Of a stretch of 64,000 bases of DNA, positions 26,001 through 39,514 are shown one piece after another. The DNA comes from Eledone cirrhosa (Eukaryota), in the NCBI GenBank assembly GCA_964016885.1, contig OZ024756.1:34658001-34722000 (forward strand), written 5' to 3'. Numbering within the stretch: the first letter of the stretch is position 1; every line of letters starts with the position of its first letter. The notes under the pieces were generated by a model. That model was not told where the DNA came from. It did not search any database and saw only the letters and a list, made by a program, of their open reading frames with translations. The translations under genes were made by a program, and so were the position numbers.

Positions 26001-29000
26001 AAACTGGAGTAGAAATTAATGATTGAAGTAATTGATAATGAGTGAAATTATTTCTTGTTTATTAAAATACAAAAAGTACAACACTGGCCAAGTTCAAAAG
26101 TCACAGTTGAACTGTGTGGTGTCATAGGGTGTTCATATGATTCAACTTTCCTTTGTTACAATGGTCACATGATTAAACTGTATGGTGTTATGTGGCCACC
26201 TGATTTAACCTTGTGATGTCATATGGTAGTCACATTATTTAACTCGGAGGTGTTACATGATAAAGTGACTCAGTTGACAATGACTGAACAATGTTCCCTC
26301 TTATTTTTCCCAACTGCTAAGCTGAACATTTGATGCTTTGAGCAAACATATTTTAGATGCTACCGAGAGGCAACATATCGAAGCTGCTACTAAGTGGGCA
26401 ACATATCGAAGCTGCTACTAAGTGGGCAACATATCGAAGCTGCTACTGAGTGGGCAATATATCGAAGCTGCTACTGAGTGGGCAATATATCGAAGCTGCT
26501 ACTGAGTGGGCAACATATCAAAGCTGCTACTGAGTGGGCAACATATCAAAGCTGCTACTGAGGGGCAACATATCGAAGCTGCTACTGAGGGGCAACATCT
26601 CAAAGATGCTACCGAGAGGCAACATCTCAAAGATGCTACCGAGAGGCAACATTTCAAAGATGCTACTGAGGGGCAACATATCAAAGCTACTACTGAGGGG
26701 CAACATATCGAAGCTGCTACTGAGGGGCAACATATCGAAGCTACTACTGAGGGGCAACATATCGAAGCTGCTACTGAGGGGCAACATATCGAAGCTGCTA
26801 CTGAGGGGCAACATTTCAAAGCTACTACTGAGGGGCAACATATCGAAGCTGCTACTGAGTGGGCAACATTTCAAAGCTGCTACTGAGGAGCAACATATCG
26901 AAGCTGCTACTGAGGGGCAACATATCGAAGCTGCTACTGAGGGGCAACATTTCAAAGCTGCTACTGAGGAGCAACATATCGAAGCTGCTACTGAGTGGGC
27001 AACATATCGAAGCTGCTACTGAGTGGGCAACATATCGAAGCTGCTACCAAGTGGGCAACATTTCAAAGCTGCTACCGAGGGGCAACATTTTGATGTGTAC
27101 GGTACCCATACAGTGGCCACACTGGTGGGAGGAATCATTGGTAAAGTCACATTGTTAACCATGGTTGGGTGGGGTTGTGTTAAGTCCGTGGGTCTTATAT
27201 ATCATTAAAATAAAGTAATTCTGCTGTTGTTGTGTATGTTGTAGGTATGCGGGAGGATAAACGCCTGGTCCTTCAGGATAAACTTGTGGTCCTCATTCTT
27301 CATGTTTTGATGAATCATCCAGAATTGCATTATTACCAGGTGAGGAGATTGTTGTTACTGGTGGTGGTGGTGTTGCAGGTACTGTGGTAGCATTAGTGTT
27401 GTTGTTGTTACTGGTGGTGGTGGTGTTGGAGGTACTGTGGTAGCATTAGTGTTGTTGTTGTTACTGGTGGTGGTGGTGTTGGAGGTACTGTGGTAGCATT
27501 AGTGTTGTTGTTACTGGTGGTGGTGGTGTTGGAGGTACTGTGGTAGCATTAGTGTTGTTGTTGTTACTGGTGGTGGTGGTGTTGGAGGTACTGTGGTAGC
27601 ATTAGTGTTGTTGTTGTTACTGGTGGTGGTGATGTTGGTGTTGGAGGTACTGTGGTAGCATTAGTGTTGTTGTTACTGGTGGTGGTGGTGTTGGAGGTAC
27701 TGTGGTAGCATTACTGTTGTTGTTGTTACTGGTGGTGGTGGTGGTGGTGTTGGAGGTACTGTGGTAGCATTACTGTTGTTGTTGTTACTGGTGGTGGTGG
27801 TGGTGGTGTTGGAGGTACTGTGGTAGCATTAGTGTTGTTGTTGTTACTGGTGGTGGTGGTGGTGGTGTTGGAGGTACTGTGGTAGCATTAGTGTTGTTGT
27901 TGTTACTGGTGGTGGTGATGTTGGTGTTGGAGGTACTGTGGTAGCATTAGTGTTGTTGTTACTGGTGGTGGTGGTGTTGGAGGTACTGTGGTAGCATTAC
28001 TGTTGTTGTTGTTACTGGTGGTGGTGGTGTTGGAGGTACTGTGGTAGCATTACTGTTGTTGTTGTTACTGGTGGTGGTGGTGGTGGTGTTGGAGGTACTG
28101 TGGTAGCATTAGTGTTGTTGTTACTGGTGGTGGTGGTGTTGGAGGTACTGTGGTAGCATTAGTGTTGTTGTTGTTACTGGTGGTGGTGGTGGTGGTGTTG
28201 GAGGTACTGTGGTAGCATTAGTGTTGTTGTTGTTACTGGTGGTGGTGGTGGTGGTGTTGGAGGTACTGTGGTAGCATTAGTGTTGTTGTTACTGGTGGTG
28301 GTGGTGTTGGAGGTACTGTGGTAGCATTAGTGTTGTTGTTGTTACTGGTGGTGGTGGTGGTGGTGTTGGAGGTACTGTGGTAGCATTAGTGTTGTTGTTG
28401 TTACTGGTGGTGGTGATGTTGGTGTTGGAGGTACTGTGGTAGCATTAGTGTTGTTGTTACTGGTGGTGGTGGTGTTGGAGGTACTGTGGTAGCATTACTG
28501 TTGTTGTTGTTACTGGTGGTGGTGGTGGTGGTGTTGGAGGTACTGTGGTAGCATTAGTGTTGTTGTTGTTACTGGTGGTGGTGATGTTGGTGTTGGAGGT
28601 ACTGTGGTAGCATTAGTGTTGTTGTTACTGGTGATGGTGGTGGTGTTGGAGGTACTGTGGTAGCATTAGTGTTGTTGTTGTTACTGGTGGTGGTGGTGGT
28701 GATGTTGGAGGTACTGTGGTAGCATTAGTGTTGTTGTTGTTACTGGTGGTGGTGGTGGTGTTGGAGGTACTGTGGTAGCATTAGTGTTGTTGTTACTGGT
28801 GGTGGTGGTGTTGGAGGTACTGTGGTAGCATTAGTGTTGTTGTTACTGGTGGTGGTGGTGTTGGAGGTACTGTGGTAGCATTAGTGTTGTTGTTGTTACT
28901 GGTGATGGTGGTGGTGTTGGAGGTACTGTGGTAGCATTAGTGTTGTTGTTACTGGTGGTGGTGGTGTTGGAGGTACTGTGGTAGCATTAGTGTTGTTGTT

Positions 29001-32000
29001 GTTACTGGTGGTGGTGGTGGTGGTGTTGGAGGTACTGTGGTAGCATTACTGTTGTTGTTGTTACTGGTGGTGGTGGTGGTGGTGTTGGAGGTACTGTGGT
29101 AGCATTACTGTTGTTGTTGTTACTGGTGGTGGTGGTGGTGTTGGAGGTACTGTGGTAGCATTAGTGTTGTTGTTACTGGTGGTGGTGGTGTTGGAGGTAC
29201 TGTGGTAGCATTAGTGTTGTTGTTACTGGTGGTGGTGGTGTTGGAGGTACTGTGGTAGCATTAGTGTTGTTGTTGTTACTGGTGATGGTGGTGGTGTTGG
29301 AGGTACTGTGGTAGCATTAGTGTTGTTGTTGTTACTGGTGGTGGTGGTGGTGTTGGAGGTACTGTGGTAGCATTAGTGTTGTTGTTACTGGTGGTGGTGG
29401 TGTTGGAGGTACTGTGGTAGCATTAGTGTTGTTGTTACTGGTGGTGGTGGTGTTGGAGGTACTGTGGTAGCATTAGTGTTGTTGTTGTTACTGGTGATGG
29501 TGGTGGTGTTGGAGGTACTGTGGTAGCATTAGTGTTGTTGTTACTGGTGGTGGTGGTGTTGGAGGTACTGTGGTAGCATTAGTGTTGTTGTTGTTACTGG
29601 TGGTGGTGGTGGTGGTGTTGGAGGTACTGTGGTAGCATTACTGTTGTTGTTGTTACTGGTGGTGGTGGTGGTGGTGTTGGAGGTACTGTGGTAGCATTAC
29701 TGTTGTTGTTGTTACTGGTGGTGGTGGTGTTGGAGGTACTGTGGTAGCATTACTGTTGTTGTTGTTACTGGTGGTGGTGGTGTTGGAGGTACTGTGGTAG
29801 CATTACTGTTGTTGTTACTGGTGGTGGTGGTGGTGTTACAGTTGTTGGTACTGGTGGTGGTGGTGTTGGAGATACTGTGGTAGCATTAGTGTTGGTGGTG
29901 GTGGTGTTGGAGATACTGGGGTAGCATTAGTGTTGTTGTTACTGGTGGTGGTGGTGTTGGAGATACTGTGGTAGCATTACTGGTGGTGGTGGTGTTACAG
30001 TTGTTGTTGGTAGTGTTGGTGGTACTGTGGTAGCATTACTATTGTTGTTGTTGGTGGTGGTGTTGGTGTTACTGTTTCTGCTGCTGGTGTGTGTGTGTCA
30101 TGTGGTAAATGATGTTATATAATGATATTAACTTTGATATGTATTGAGTTGAAATGATATTCGTCATGTGATAAATGATATTAATACCGTTGATATTTCT
30201 ATATTTGCTATATAAAGGGTTATCATGATATTTGTGTCACAATCCTGCTGACCGTTGGTGAAGATCTGGCATTTGCCATTGTAGATAGACTTAGCATCTC
30301 ACACTTAAGGTAAACTGCAATATTTCTTTCTTTATTTTTTGCATGTATTGATTTTTTATTGTGGGTGAGTGGTTTGATAGTTGACTGGGGGTTAGGTAGT
30401 TTGGTTGGTGGAGTGGGACAGGTTTCACCTGATTTAAACACCAGAAGCTCAAGACCCATCCAAAATAATTGATTGAGATTGATATTGAGTAAAATATATT
30501 TCCATATTTGGTAATAAGAATATTCTCTATCATTGACAGTGATTATATGGGTAGCACCATGGAGAGGACCAAAGTTATCATGGATTATGTTTTCCCAATC
30601 TTGGCCAAAGTCAACCCTGAACTTGAGGCCTATCTTCAAAAGTAAGTGTCAATTATTGAGTCTTTTTAACCTATTCATGACCATATTTCTAATGAAATAC
30701 TCTGTATTGAGAATTTTGAAGGATTTCTAAAATTATTAAATATTTAATTACTAAGATAGTAACTTAACATACGAGTCTTGTATAAAATTATGTTGAAAGA
30801 TTTTGATTTAATTAAGAACGCTTTAAAACGGGTGGTTTTGTGTTATAGAACCAGAGCCAATTTTGGCCAAGGATGGAAGAGTAAATGTTGCTGAAACGTT
30901 TATTGGGAAGATGTGTGTGTGATACGAGTGACTTGTGGGAAGTGAAACAGAAGATTGGTGTATATGTGATGGGCTGCTTGTGGGAGGTGTGTGTATGTGA
31001 CAGGAAAGACTTGTTATAATAGGGGCACTTATGAAAGGTGTACAAACACTGAATAATCATCTCAACCTCTTATATTTCAGGGCTGAAGTTGGTACTATGT
31101 TCTGTCTAAGTTGGATAATCACCTGGTATGGTCATGTATTGAAAGAATATCGCCATATTGTCAGGTTATACGACTTCTTCATTGCCTCCCATCCATTGAT
31201 GCCTATATATGTTGCTGCCGCTGTAAGTTAACACCACAATCTGTCACTGTCATCTTACACTGTCATATGTCCACATTGTTGTCACATACTCACAGTCACA
31301 CACTCACACACTTTCACTGTCATATGCTCACTCTGTCCTAACATATTGCAAGAAATATCTTATATCCATTAGAATGCTGTGTCATGTCAAAAGGCACCAA
31401 ATTGGCAGAGTTGTTAAAACTTTAGATAGAATGCTTTGCAGGATATTAGTTTTGCTACTATATTTCAAATCCCACTAAGCTCAAATTTGCCTTTCGTCTT
31501 TTCCTGTTCAATAAAGTACCTGTCTAGTATTGGGGGTCAATCCTCCCCTCTCTCTCTTAATGAGATGAGCTGCACCCAGATCTAGACAGGGATGAGCTCC
31601 ATCAGGCTTAAAATGCCCAAGATATGCTATATGTCTCAATGGTGCCCCAATGACTTCTTCAAGAGTTCAGGGACCATGGCATCATTTCAATTTTTCCCTA
31701 TTATATTGAAATATTGTTTACTGAAAAAAACCAATTCTTCTTTTTTTTTTTTTTTTTTTTTTTTTTTCTTCTTCCAGATTGTTTTGTACAGAGAGAAGGA
31801 TATCTTATCATGCCCGTGTGAAATGCCCTATGTTCATCATACATTATCCCATCTACCCAAGGATCTTCCTTTTGAAGAACTCATCTCCACAGCTTGTGAT
31901 CTCCATCTCTTGTATCCTCCTTCTGACTTAATAAAGGATAATTTTGTACCTCCTTCCACACCTAAACCACCAGAGCCGTACGTTTATTTTAAATTCATTT

Positions 32001-34633
32001 GCTTTTCCTAAAATGTCAAGCCGTGTCTGGCCCTTAAATGTTGACCCCAGTGTGTAAGAGTACTTGGTCCGTAAATGTTGATATCCCAGCATGTTTATAT
32101 AGAGCTAAATGTTAAACAGCACCTGGTCCCTAAATGTTGAGACCTTAATATGTAAATATAAGATTTTACTGCTTGTTGAATTTTTTTTTTTCATTTCAAT
32201 TGTTCTAAAATTTTGAAGAATTTTGTATAAATAAATAGATGTAGGAAAATGACAGGAAAGTATGAAATTATTTGTAAAAATCAATTTATGGGTTGTACTA
32301 ACCAATTGTAATTTTGTAACCCAAAAACCTATTCAGTTCTCGAAACTGTTGGGGCATCACCGATGACTTCATTTTCTTTTCAATATTATGGCTAGGCAGG
32401 ACTGGGGCTATGGGTGAGAGAACATTTGGGGTTCTCAACACCTGTTTACAAGAAATTAAAAATATATAAATGTAGGCCTACACATAGAATATTGCTGAGA
32501 TTCCAGAAAAATGGTGACATGATAGTTCTGGGAACTCTGTTATTAAAAAACACTCAAGAATTTTCCAATGAGATGCAACCTTATCAGAGACCAGCTAAAC
32601 CTACATATGTGTCAGCCATAACAACAATGAAGCTGTGTATATGTATATATAATTTCAAGTCTTTTCAGAGGCTCTTCTGTAATATTGGTTGCCCTTTTGG
32701 TATTAAACCACCTGAAACTGCCCCAGGTTCCAGGATACAAAATTGTTTGCTTTAAAGTATTGGAATTTATCTAAAAAGGTTACCATACCCTTTATATATA
32801 TATATATATTTAAATGCACATCTCTCCCACCCAATCACCTCTTAGTTAACCCTTTTGATGCTAAATCTCCACTGGTTCTGTGATATAAAGTGGTTTATTT
32901 TTTTTTAATTTACCATTATTTTATATAAAAATCTTTGTTTTTCTGAATACCAATTTAATAATGAGAAAATTAGTTATATTACTAAATCCCTCCAAATTGT
33001 TTATTTTCAAATACTTTTGAAAATAATTGACAGTGTCTTTCATTAGAAATCTAATAACAAAAAGATTTAATTTATTTTTGCTTGTGTGTGTATAGTTAGA
33101 ATTGTGTCTACAATAATCATTATTTTTTATATATCCATAAGTATAAAGGGTGATGTATTCAAGCGCATAGATACTATAACATAGGGTGAAAACCCTTAAA
33201 AGACTGGAAAATAAGTTGCCATAGGAACAGCCAATGGCAACTTCTTTTTCCATCTTTTAAGGGTTTTCACCCTATTTTATAGCATCTATACCCTTGAGCA
33301 CATCACCCTTTATACTTGTGTATATTTATTCTCAACACTTAAGTCTGAGAATTCGGCTTACGTACATTGTTCATTATTTTTATATTTGTGTCAATGAATA
33401 TGTTTTTTCTATTCTGTCTCGTATATTGGTGCTTATAATGTTTAATATCACTTTCGTATGTATATATGTATATATATTCCTTATATTTAGTTAAGTTCTA
33501 TAGTGGTTCAGGGTTACCACAGCACTCTTACATTGCCTGTATATAGCTTTAATGAATTGCTCTCAAAATTAATAAACTTTATTTTCTAAAAACAAAACTA
33601 ACGTGTTCAATATTCAAGAATTTTCCAAAAAATCCAAGATAATTCAATACATTTCTTTGACACAAAGGGGTTCAATTCCTGGACTGGGCAATGTGTTCTG
33701 TTCTTGAGCAAGATGCTTCATTTTACATTGCTTTTGGTGATATGACTTGGAGCCCTTATCCTTAAAACACTAAAGACACCTATGAGATACAACTTTGTTG
33801 GCGGCCAGCTAAAACTGCATTGGTGTGAGCTGAAAATTACAATTTTTCTTCCATTCTATCACATCAACAGTTACATTGTCAAATGTGTCCTTCCTTTTTT
33901 TAAGACAATAGAGTAATTTGGCTGCAATTTCTAGCAGGTCAAGTTACTTTGAAGGTTTTCCTGTTAGCTTGTATAAATACCAGCAATATAGTGTGATGTA
34001 AGCAATTAACTATGTTGCTTTCCTTCAATACAGGAAAAACAAATAAAGAAATGCTGTGATTTACCTTAATTGGGACTTTGTATATAATAAAGATATCTTT
34101 GGTATGTTACTAAAGACATGAATAGATAGAAAACTCCCACACCACTACCACCACCTCTCATGGTCTAACCACCAACTCCCACAACCCACACCACCACTAC
34201 CAACTCTCACCACCATCTCCCACAGCTCACACTACCACCAACTCCCACAGCTCACACCACCACCAACTCCTGTAGTCCACATTCCACCCTACCGCCCAAT
34301 CCCACAGATTTCTGTGAAGGAGGAAATTAAAAGCCAGAGGGGAGGATACAGATGGTATAGTAAATAGACTTGTCCTAGGGCACACAAGGCTAACTCCTGC
34401 TTTAGTAGAGAAAATGGCCTTGAAACTGTTGTTGTTGCTTTTGAAATCAAATCTTGAAATTCCTATCATTGATTTTTTTTTTTCTTTTTCTTGTTCCTTT
34501 TTTTATTTTTCTCCACTTTAGCAATGAACGGCGTTTGAGACAAAGGAAACGTCTACACCAAAAATTGATTGTCAAGGTTATTATTGTTGCATTATTTGCC
34601 GTTTTGGCTGCTTATGTGCTGTGGAGGCCTTAA
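20713..34633 (+). CDS. TBC1D20: TBC1 domain family member 20 (ER-anchored Rab GAP), 9 coding exons, 386 aa
   Basis: Exons 20713-20875, 24586-24759, 25518-25598, 27245-27339, 30218-30309, 30540-30641, 31081-31222, 31778-31977, 34522-34633. Total 1161 nt, in frame to TAA. Motifs: AISSGGLL..RKQCWPMLL, DYEQVLLDVERS (Arg finger), ELHYYQGYHDI (Gln finger), AEVGTMFCLSWIITWYGH, RLYDFFIASHPLMPIY, and a C-terminal transmembrane tail (VIIVALFAVLAAYVLW). The first coding exon is the least certain. Confidence 0.93.
21105..21330 (+). mobile_element. Degenerate CR1-like LINE C-terminal fragment
   Basis: Reads ..RGTP/SEVYLQR..NEWNSLPGHVVNATTVNG, resembling the CR1 ORF2 end. Confidence 0.5.
24998..25160. repeat. 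About 35-bp tandem repeat
   Basis: CACTAAATGCT(A/G/T)TAACTAATCCCTCCTCCCC, four to five copies. Confidence 0.8.
26357..27090. repeat. 27/28-bp minisatellite
   Basis: Unit CTGAG(T)GGGCAACATATCGAAGCTGCTA, about 26 copies, in TBC1D20 intron 3. Confidence 0.97.
27350..30075. repeat. About 2.7-kb GT-rich compound minisatellite (50-56 bp units)
   Basis: Unit GGAGGTACTGTGGTAGCATTA(G/C)T(GTT)3-4ACT(GGT)4-6GTT fills nearly all of TBC1D20 intron 4. Confidence 0.98.
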
Positions 34634-34718
34634 CTTTTACAAACACAGACTTTCACATACAGAGACATACAGACAGACAGACACATACAGGCTGGCTGCT
34701 ATTGTGTCGTATATAAGA

Positions 34719-35117
34719 CAGTGGTTTCCAATCATTTCACTACCAAGGATGGACCCCTCTTTTTTTTATTTAAATGAACTCTCCCACAGATCCCCCACCC
34801 TGCTACAATTAGTCCCCTCCCAGATGGTTATACAGTGAGAATAACTATTGAAAGAGAGAAATGTTTATACTTAGAGAATGGATATCTAGTAGTGTATGTG
34901 CATAATATGATTGCTAAGAAAATACTTGAAATTGTTAGTGAGAACAATAAAAAAAAAAAAAAGAAGTGTTTATATTTAAAGAAGGAATACCCAATAGTGT
35001 ATGTATATATTATGTTTGTAACAAAATACTTGGAATTCTAGACTTAGCTCACAGACCCCGTCCCCCAGCATAGCTGTCTCTACAAATCCCCGCCCGGTTC
35101 CAGGTTGGGAACCACTG
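34719..35117. mobile_element. hAT/Charlie-like MITE downstream of the TBC1D20 stop
   Basis: TIRs CAGTGGTTTCCAA / TTGGGAACCACTG. The 8-bp flanks atataaga/gtctaagg are only partly similar. Contains an internal duplication of about 110 bp. Confidence 0.7.
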
Positions 35118-35402
35118 GTCTAAGGCATCCAGCTGTATCCTACCTACTTACTTTGCCGCCACCTTCTCACCCTGTCTGTCCATCTTTGCTCCAGGAGCAT
35201 TTGATGATGACCAACTGGAGTTTCCCCAAGTTTCATTGTTTGGAATAGTTATGTTCCAACATGTTTACTATACATCATCATCAACAACATCACCATTATC
35301 ATCATATCGTACAACCCAGGACAGCATGGAAAAGAGGACTTAAAAACAATGATGACATCATGTATATATACATGTGTGTGTGTGTTTCTATATATAAATG
35401 TG

Positions 35403-35451
<49 letters not shown>

Positions 35452-35470
35452 GTTTCTATATATAAATGTG

Positions 35471-35567
<97 letters not shown>

Positions 35568-38260
35568 AATGAATGGTATTCCCACAGGTATATTAGAAGT
35601 CCATCAACCATTCTCTGTGAAGGAATCCTGTCACAAGGTTGTGAACAATCATTTGGGATATTCCTGCAAAGTTTTTAAGATTAACTGATTATTATTATGT
35701 TCTGAGTTCTAATCCCGCCAAGGTTTTAACTTTACCTCTCATCCTTTCCCAGGTCAATAAAATAAAGATACCAGTCTAATACTGTGGTCAATTAAATTGA
35801 CCCCCCCCCCCCTCTAAAAAAATTGGCTTTATGCTTAAATGAGAAACGATAATTATAAAAAAAAAAATAAATAAATAAAAAAAAAAGTGGTGGATGGCAG
35901 TATTTGGTCATGTTCCCTGTTGGTTATGTCCCCATTCTGGGTTCAAATTTCACCAAAGTTTGACTTTGCTATTCATAACATAACTTCCAGGGTCTGGAAA
36001 AAGAAAAAGGAAAAACACTGAAAAAGTACCAGTTATGTTACTGGGTTCATTTAATTGAACTGTTCTGTCCTCCTCCACTACATATACATACAACTCCCTC
36101 TTTCCCCAACTGTGGCCTTGTGCCTGTCAAATTATTTATATAAAACATTGTTTTGTTTGTTTTTGTTTTTTTACTGGTTTCTCTACAAGACTTTTTTTAC
36201 CATTTTCTTTGCTTTTTTTTTTTTTTTTTTTTTAACACATTGATGGATTTTTCTGAAGGTTTGTTTACTTTTATTGTAACCAGGTACTATGATGATGATG
36301 ATGATGCTTGCTTCACCTGATGAAAAGTTTTTTTTATATAACATGTAAATTGGAACTGACACCTTGTCAACAACCACACATACACACACTCTTTCTTCTT
36401 TCCTTTTAAATTAAACTAACTACAATTCAATTAGACCAAGTTTGCAGCTAGCCAGAATATATATGTATATATACAGAAGATCCAACCTCCCACGGGTACA
36501 AGCTGAAGCATATAGACAGTATTCCCCCACTGCCACCCCTCCCACTGTAAAGTGGTCGTGTAGGTGTCACAAGAAAAAAGCAACCAGTACTGACTGTAAA
36601 TGAGGTTGGTGTTAGGAAGGGCATCCAGCTGTAGAAATCAAACTAAAATCAGTTCTGTATGAGGAAGACATTGTCACCTGACCTGGCATTGCCCACAACA
36701 GGACAACCCGTCTAACCCATGCTAGCATGGAAGAATGGACGTAAAACTGCTGATATATATATATATATACATACACACACACAAACCCCTTTAACCCTTT
36801 AGCATTTTCATTACTCTATATTTACTATTGTATTTTCATGGTAAAGGCTTTATCTCACATAATATTGAATCTGAGATTTTGATATTTATTTTGAGAACAA
36901 TACCTTAACATCAGTATGAGTGGCCAGTTTGAATAGAAAGAGGTGAGAGAATTCCGTCTGGATACAGCCGGTTTAAATTACACACAGTCAGCTAGCTTCT
37001 CTACAAATAATCCCTTACATTATGATCCAATTAGTCAACACTGCCTTCTATATATAGAGATATAGATCATATTCTGTCTTTCAATGAAATTCAAACTGTG
37101 ATTCAAAGAAATGATCGCATATTATTATTTGTTAATGTTACTTGTTCTGAGTTTAACTGCTGCTGAGGTCAACTTTGCCTTTCATCCCATCAAGGCTGAG
37201 GAAATAAAGTACCAGTCATGTACTGGGATTTGTATAGTCAACTTTCCCCTTCCCCTAAATTGATGGCCTTGTGCCAAAATTAGAAATTATTGTTGTTTAT
37301 TGTTAATATTTTTTTTGTTCGTTTAATTCCTGTAAAAAAAAAATGTGTATGATCTGATTTCATCTCCACAACCTCATTTAATCCATCATTTAATGTTCTC
37401 TATCCCTGCTAGCAAGGGTTTACATTTGAATATCATAACCATTGTCATCATACTCATCAGTGCAATGATGGGTGGAAGGTGCATGCATGTCCTAGTGGTT
37501 AGGATGTCGGACTCACGATCATAAAGTTGTGGGTTTGATTCTGGGACCAGGTGGTTCATTGTATTGAGTAACACACTTTATTTCATAAGATTGCGACTTC
37601 TATTGATAAAACACCCAAGAAAGCTCCTGTGAGGCCAGCTATGCGTGGATAAGCTGTAAATTTCATTTTTCATTTCATCTTCACCTTCATGATTATAAAA
37701 TAAATATGTAGACGTGTGTTTTCTTGTATATAGCTAGGTGGCTCAAATATATTGTCACCAAATCTTAGTGTCAAGTCAGTCAGTCTCAAAACTGATACAA
37801 ATTATAGTAATATAACAGTGAAATATATGTAATATTCTATTTAAAAAAAATTCCTATAACTATTTTTCTCCAGAAATGCAAAAAAAAAAAAAAAATAAAT
37901 TTTAATTAATTCTTGACCAGGGATCCTAGAACTAATTCTGGACCAGTACAAAATATGAGTCTAGACCATGAATATAGAAATCCTAGAATTTAATCCATGA
38001 CCAAGAATACCAAGAGTAGAGCTAATTCTTGACCACAAATACAGAGATCCTAGAAATACTTGTTGACCAGGAATACAAAGGACCTTGGATTTTTCTCCGG
38101 GATTAAGAAGGAATTAGAACATTTTTTTGGGCCAAGAAACCAAAGAATATTCTTGTGTATTCAATAAAAAAAAACGAATTCAAAGTATATATTTTTCTTA
38201 TTCAATTGTTTTCTATTTGATTTTATTGAAATATACATGGTTCCACAGCAGTGTGGTGCT

Positions 38261-38453
38261 TTAACCCTTTAGCATTTAAACTGGCCAGAATTCTCTCAGC
38301 TCTTTCTGCTCAAACTGCCTGAAAATACTGACGTTATAGTATTGTTCTCAAAATAAATATCAAAATCTCATAGATTCGATATTATGCGAGGTAAAGTCTT
38401 TACCACAAAAATACAATAGTAAATATAAAGTAATGTAAATGCTAAAGGGTTAA
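38261..38453. mobile_element. piggyBac-like (TTAA) MITE
   Basis: TTAA|CCCTTTAGCATTTA ... TAAATGCTAAAGGG|TTAA. Related copies lie at about 23894-24090, 36791-36980, 40046-40245 and 55235-55292. A sister family starting TTAACCCTTTTGATACCAAACC occurs near 12458, 32846, 62044 and elsewhere. Confidence 0.78.
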
Positions 38454-39514
38454 GTTCTAAAAGCAGGGGAAGCAGCTGATGAGGCAAGCATGGGAGATAA
38501 CTCTGGACATGTATTTATGCATATATACACATACATTTGAAAGGGGATCATCTATGTCGGTCCCTGAACTTGCTAGAAATAACAGCTGGATAAGATTTTC
38601 TTCAGATAGACAAATGGCAGCGGTTACATATTTCCTTGAGACGGTTTGTTGTACATATTCACTGATGAGATCCCAATTATGGCCATATTTTCAAATTACA
38701 GAGAAATGCGTAAAATTGACATTTTTACGTATCTATATACTTAATGCTTATGTAAACATTTATGCAGTCTTGGTTAAACTCTGTGCTGTATTTGTATATA
38801 TATATACAAATGTTAAATTTATATATATAAATTTAACATATGACAAATCAGTAAAAGAGTAAATGACCACAGATCATGGGTTCGGGTAAGTAAAAAAGTA
38901 AACAAACGTCTACTGAAAGTATGAGAAAGAAAAACAAACAATGAATTGTAAATTAAGATATCTTCGTTTTAATTCATAAATTTCAAGTTAGTGTCATGAG
39001 TACAGGAGAGGAAAATAAAGGGAGACAACCAACCACGCCTAACTGGATTGTGTTAGCACACAAAAACAACAAAATGGTAATTCACATAGCAAAGCTGCAC
39101 CACTATGCTGTTGTTACTGCTGCTACTATTCCATTGATAAGAGCTGTGTTTGGAAGAAGGGACATAATATATATATATATTGAAACATCAATAATATTTC
39201 TTTCTAACATAGCCACAAGGCCAGCAATTAGAGGGAAGGGGAAAGTCGATTACATCGACCCCCAGTAGATGCCTGGTACTTTATTTTATCGACCATAAAT
39301 GGATGAAAGGCAAAGTTGACCTTGGGGGGGATTTGAACTCAAATTGTAAAAAGCCGGAACAAATACTGCCAAAAACATATTGTCCAACATTCTCACAGTT
39401 CTGCTCATCAACCACCGTCTCAATAAAAATAATAATGATGATGATGATGATTTTTTTTTTTATATAATAATAATAATTCACACATCATAATTCACATCAT
39501 CGCCATTCACACTA

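Noticed and set aside
26499-27208. Overlapping repetitive ORFs on both strands (GQHIEAATE / GNISKLLLR repeats)
   Set aside because: By-product of a 27-bp minisatellite. Interspersed 28-bp units shift the frame, and TBC1D20 splices cleanly across it.
27350-30075. Possible mucin-like Thr/Pro/Asn or Gly/Val-rich coding repeat
   Set aside because: Units of 50/53/56 bp are not multiples of three and contain TAG on the plus strand and TAA on the minus strand, so no long ORF exists.
35261-35688. YIYI/CVCV-rich ORFs here and near 8110, 14533, 41768, 46351, 59177
   Set aside because: Translations of (TA)n and (CA)n microsatellites.
37485-37550. tRNA-like sequence with A and B boxes
   Set aside because: No intact cloverleaf. 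It continues into a SINE body also seen near 24225 and 33670.
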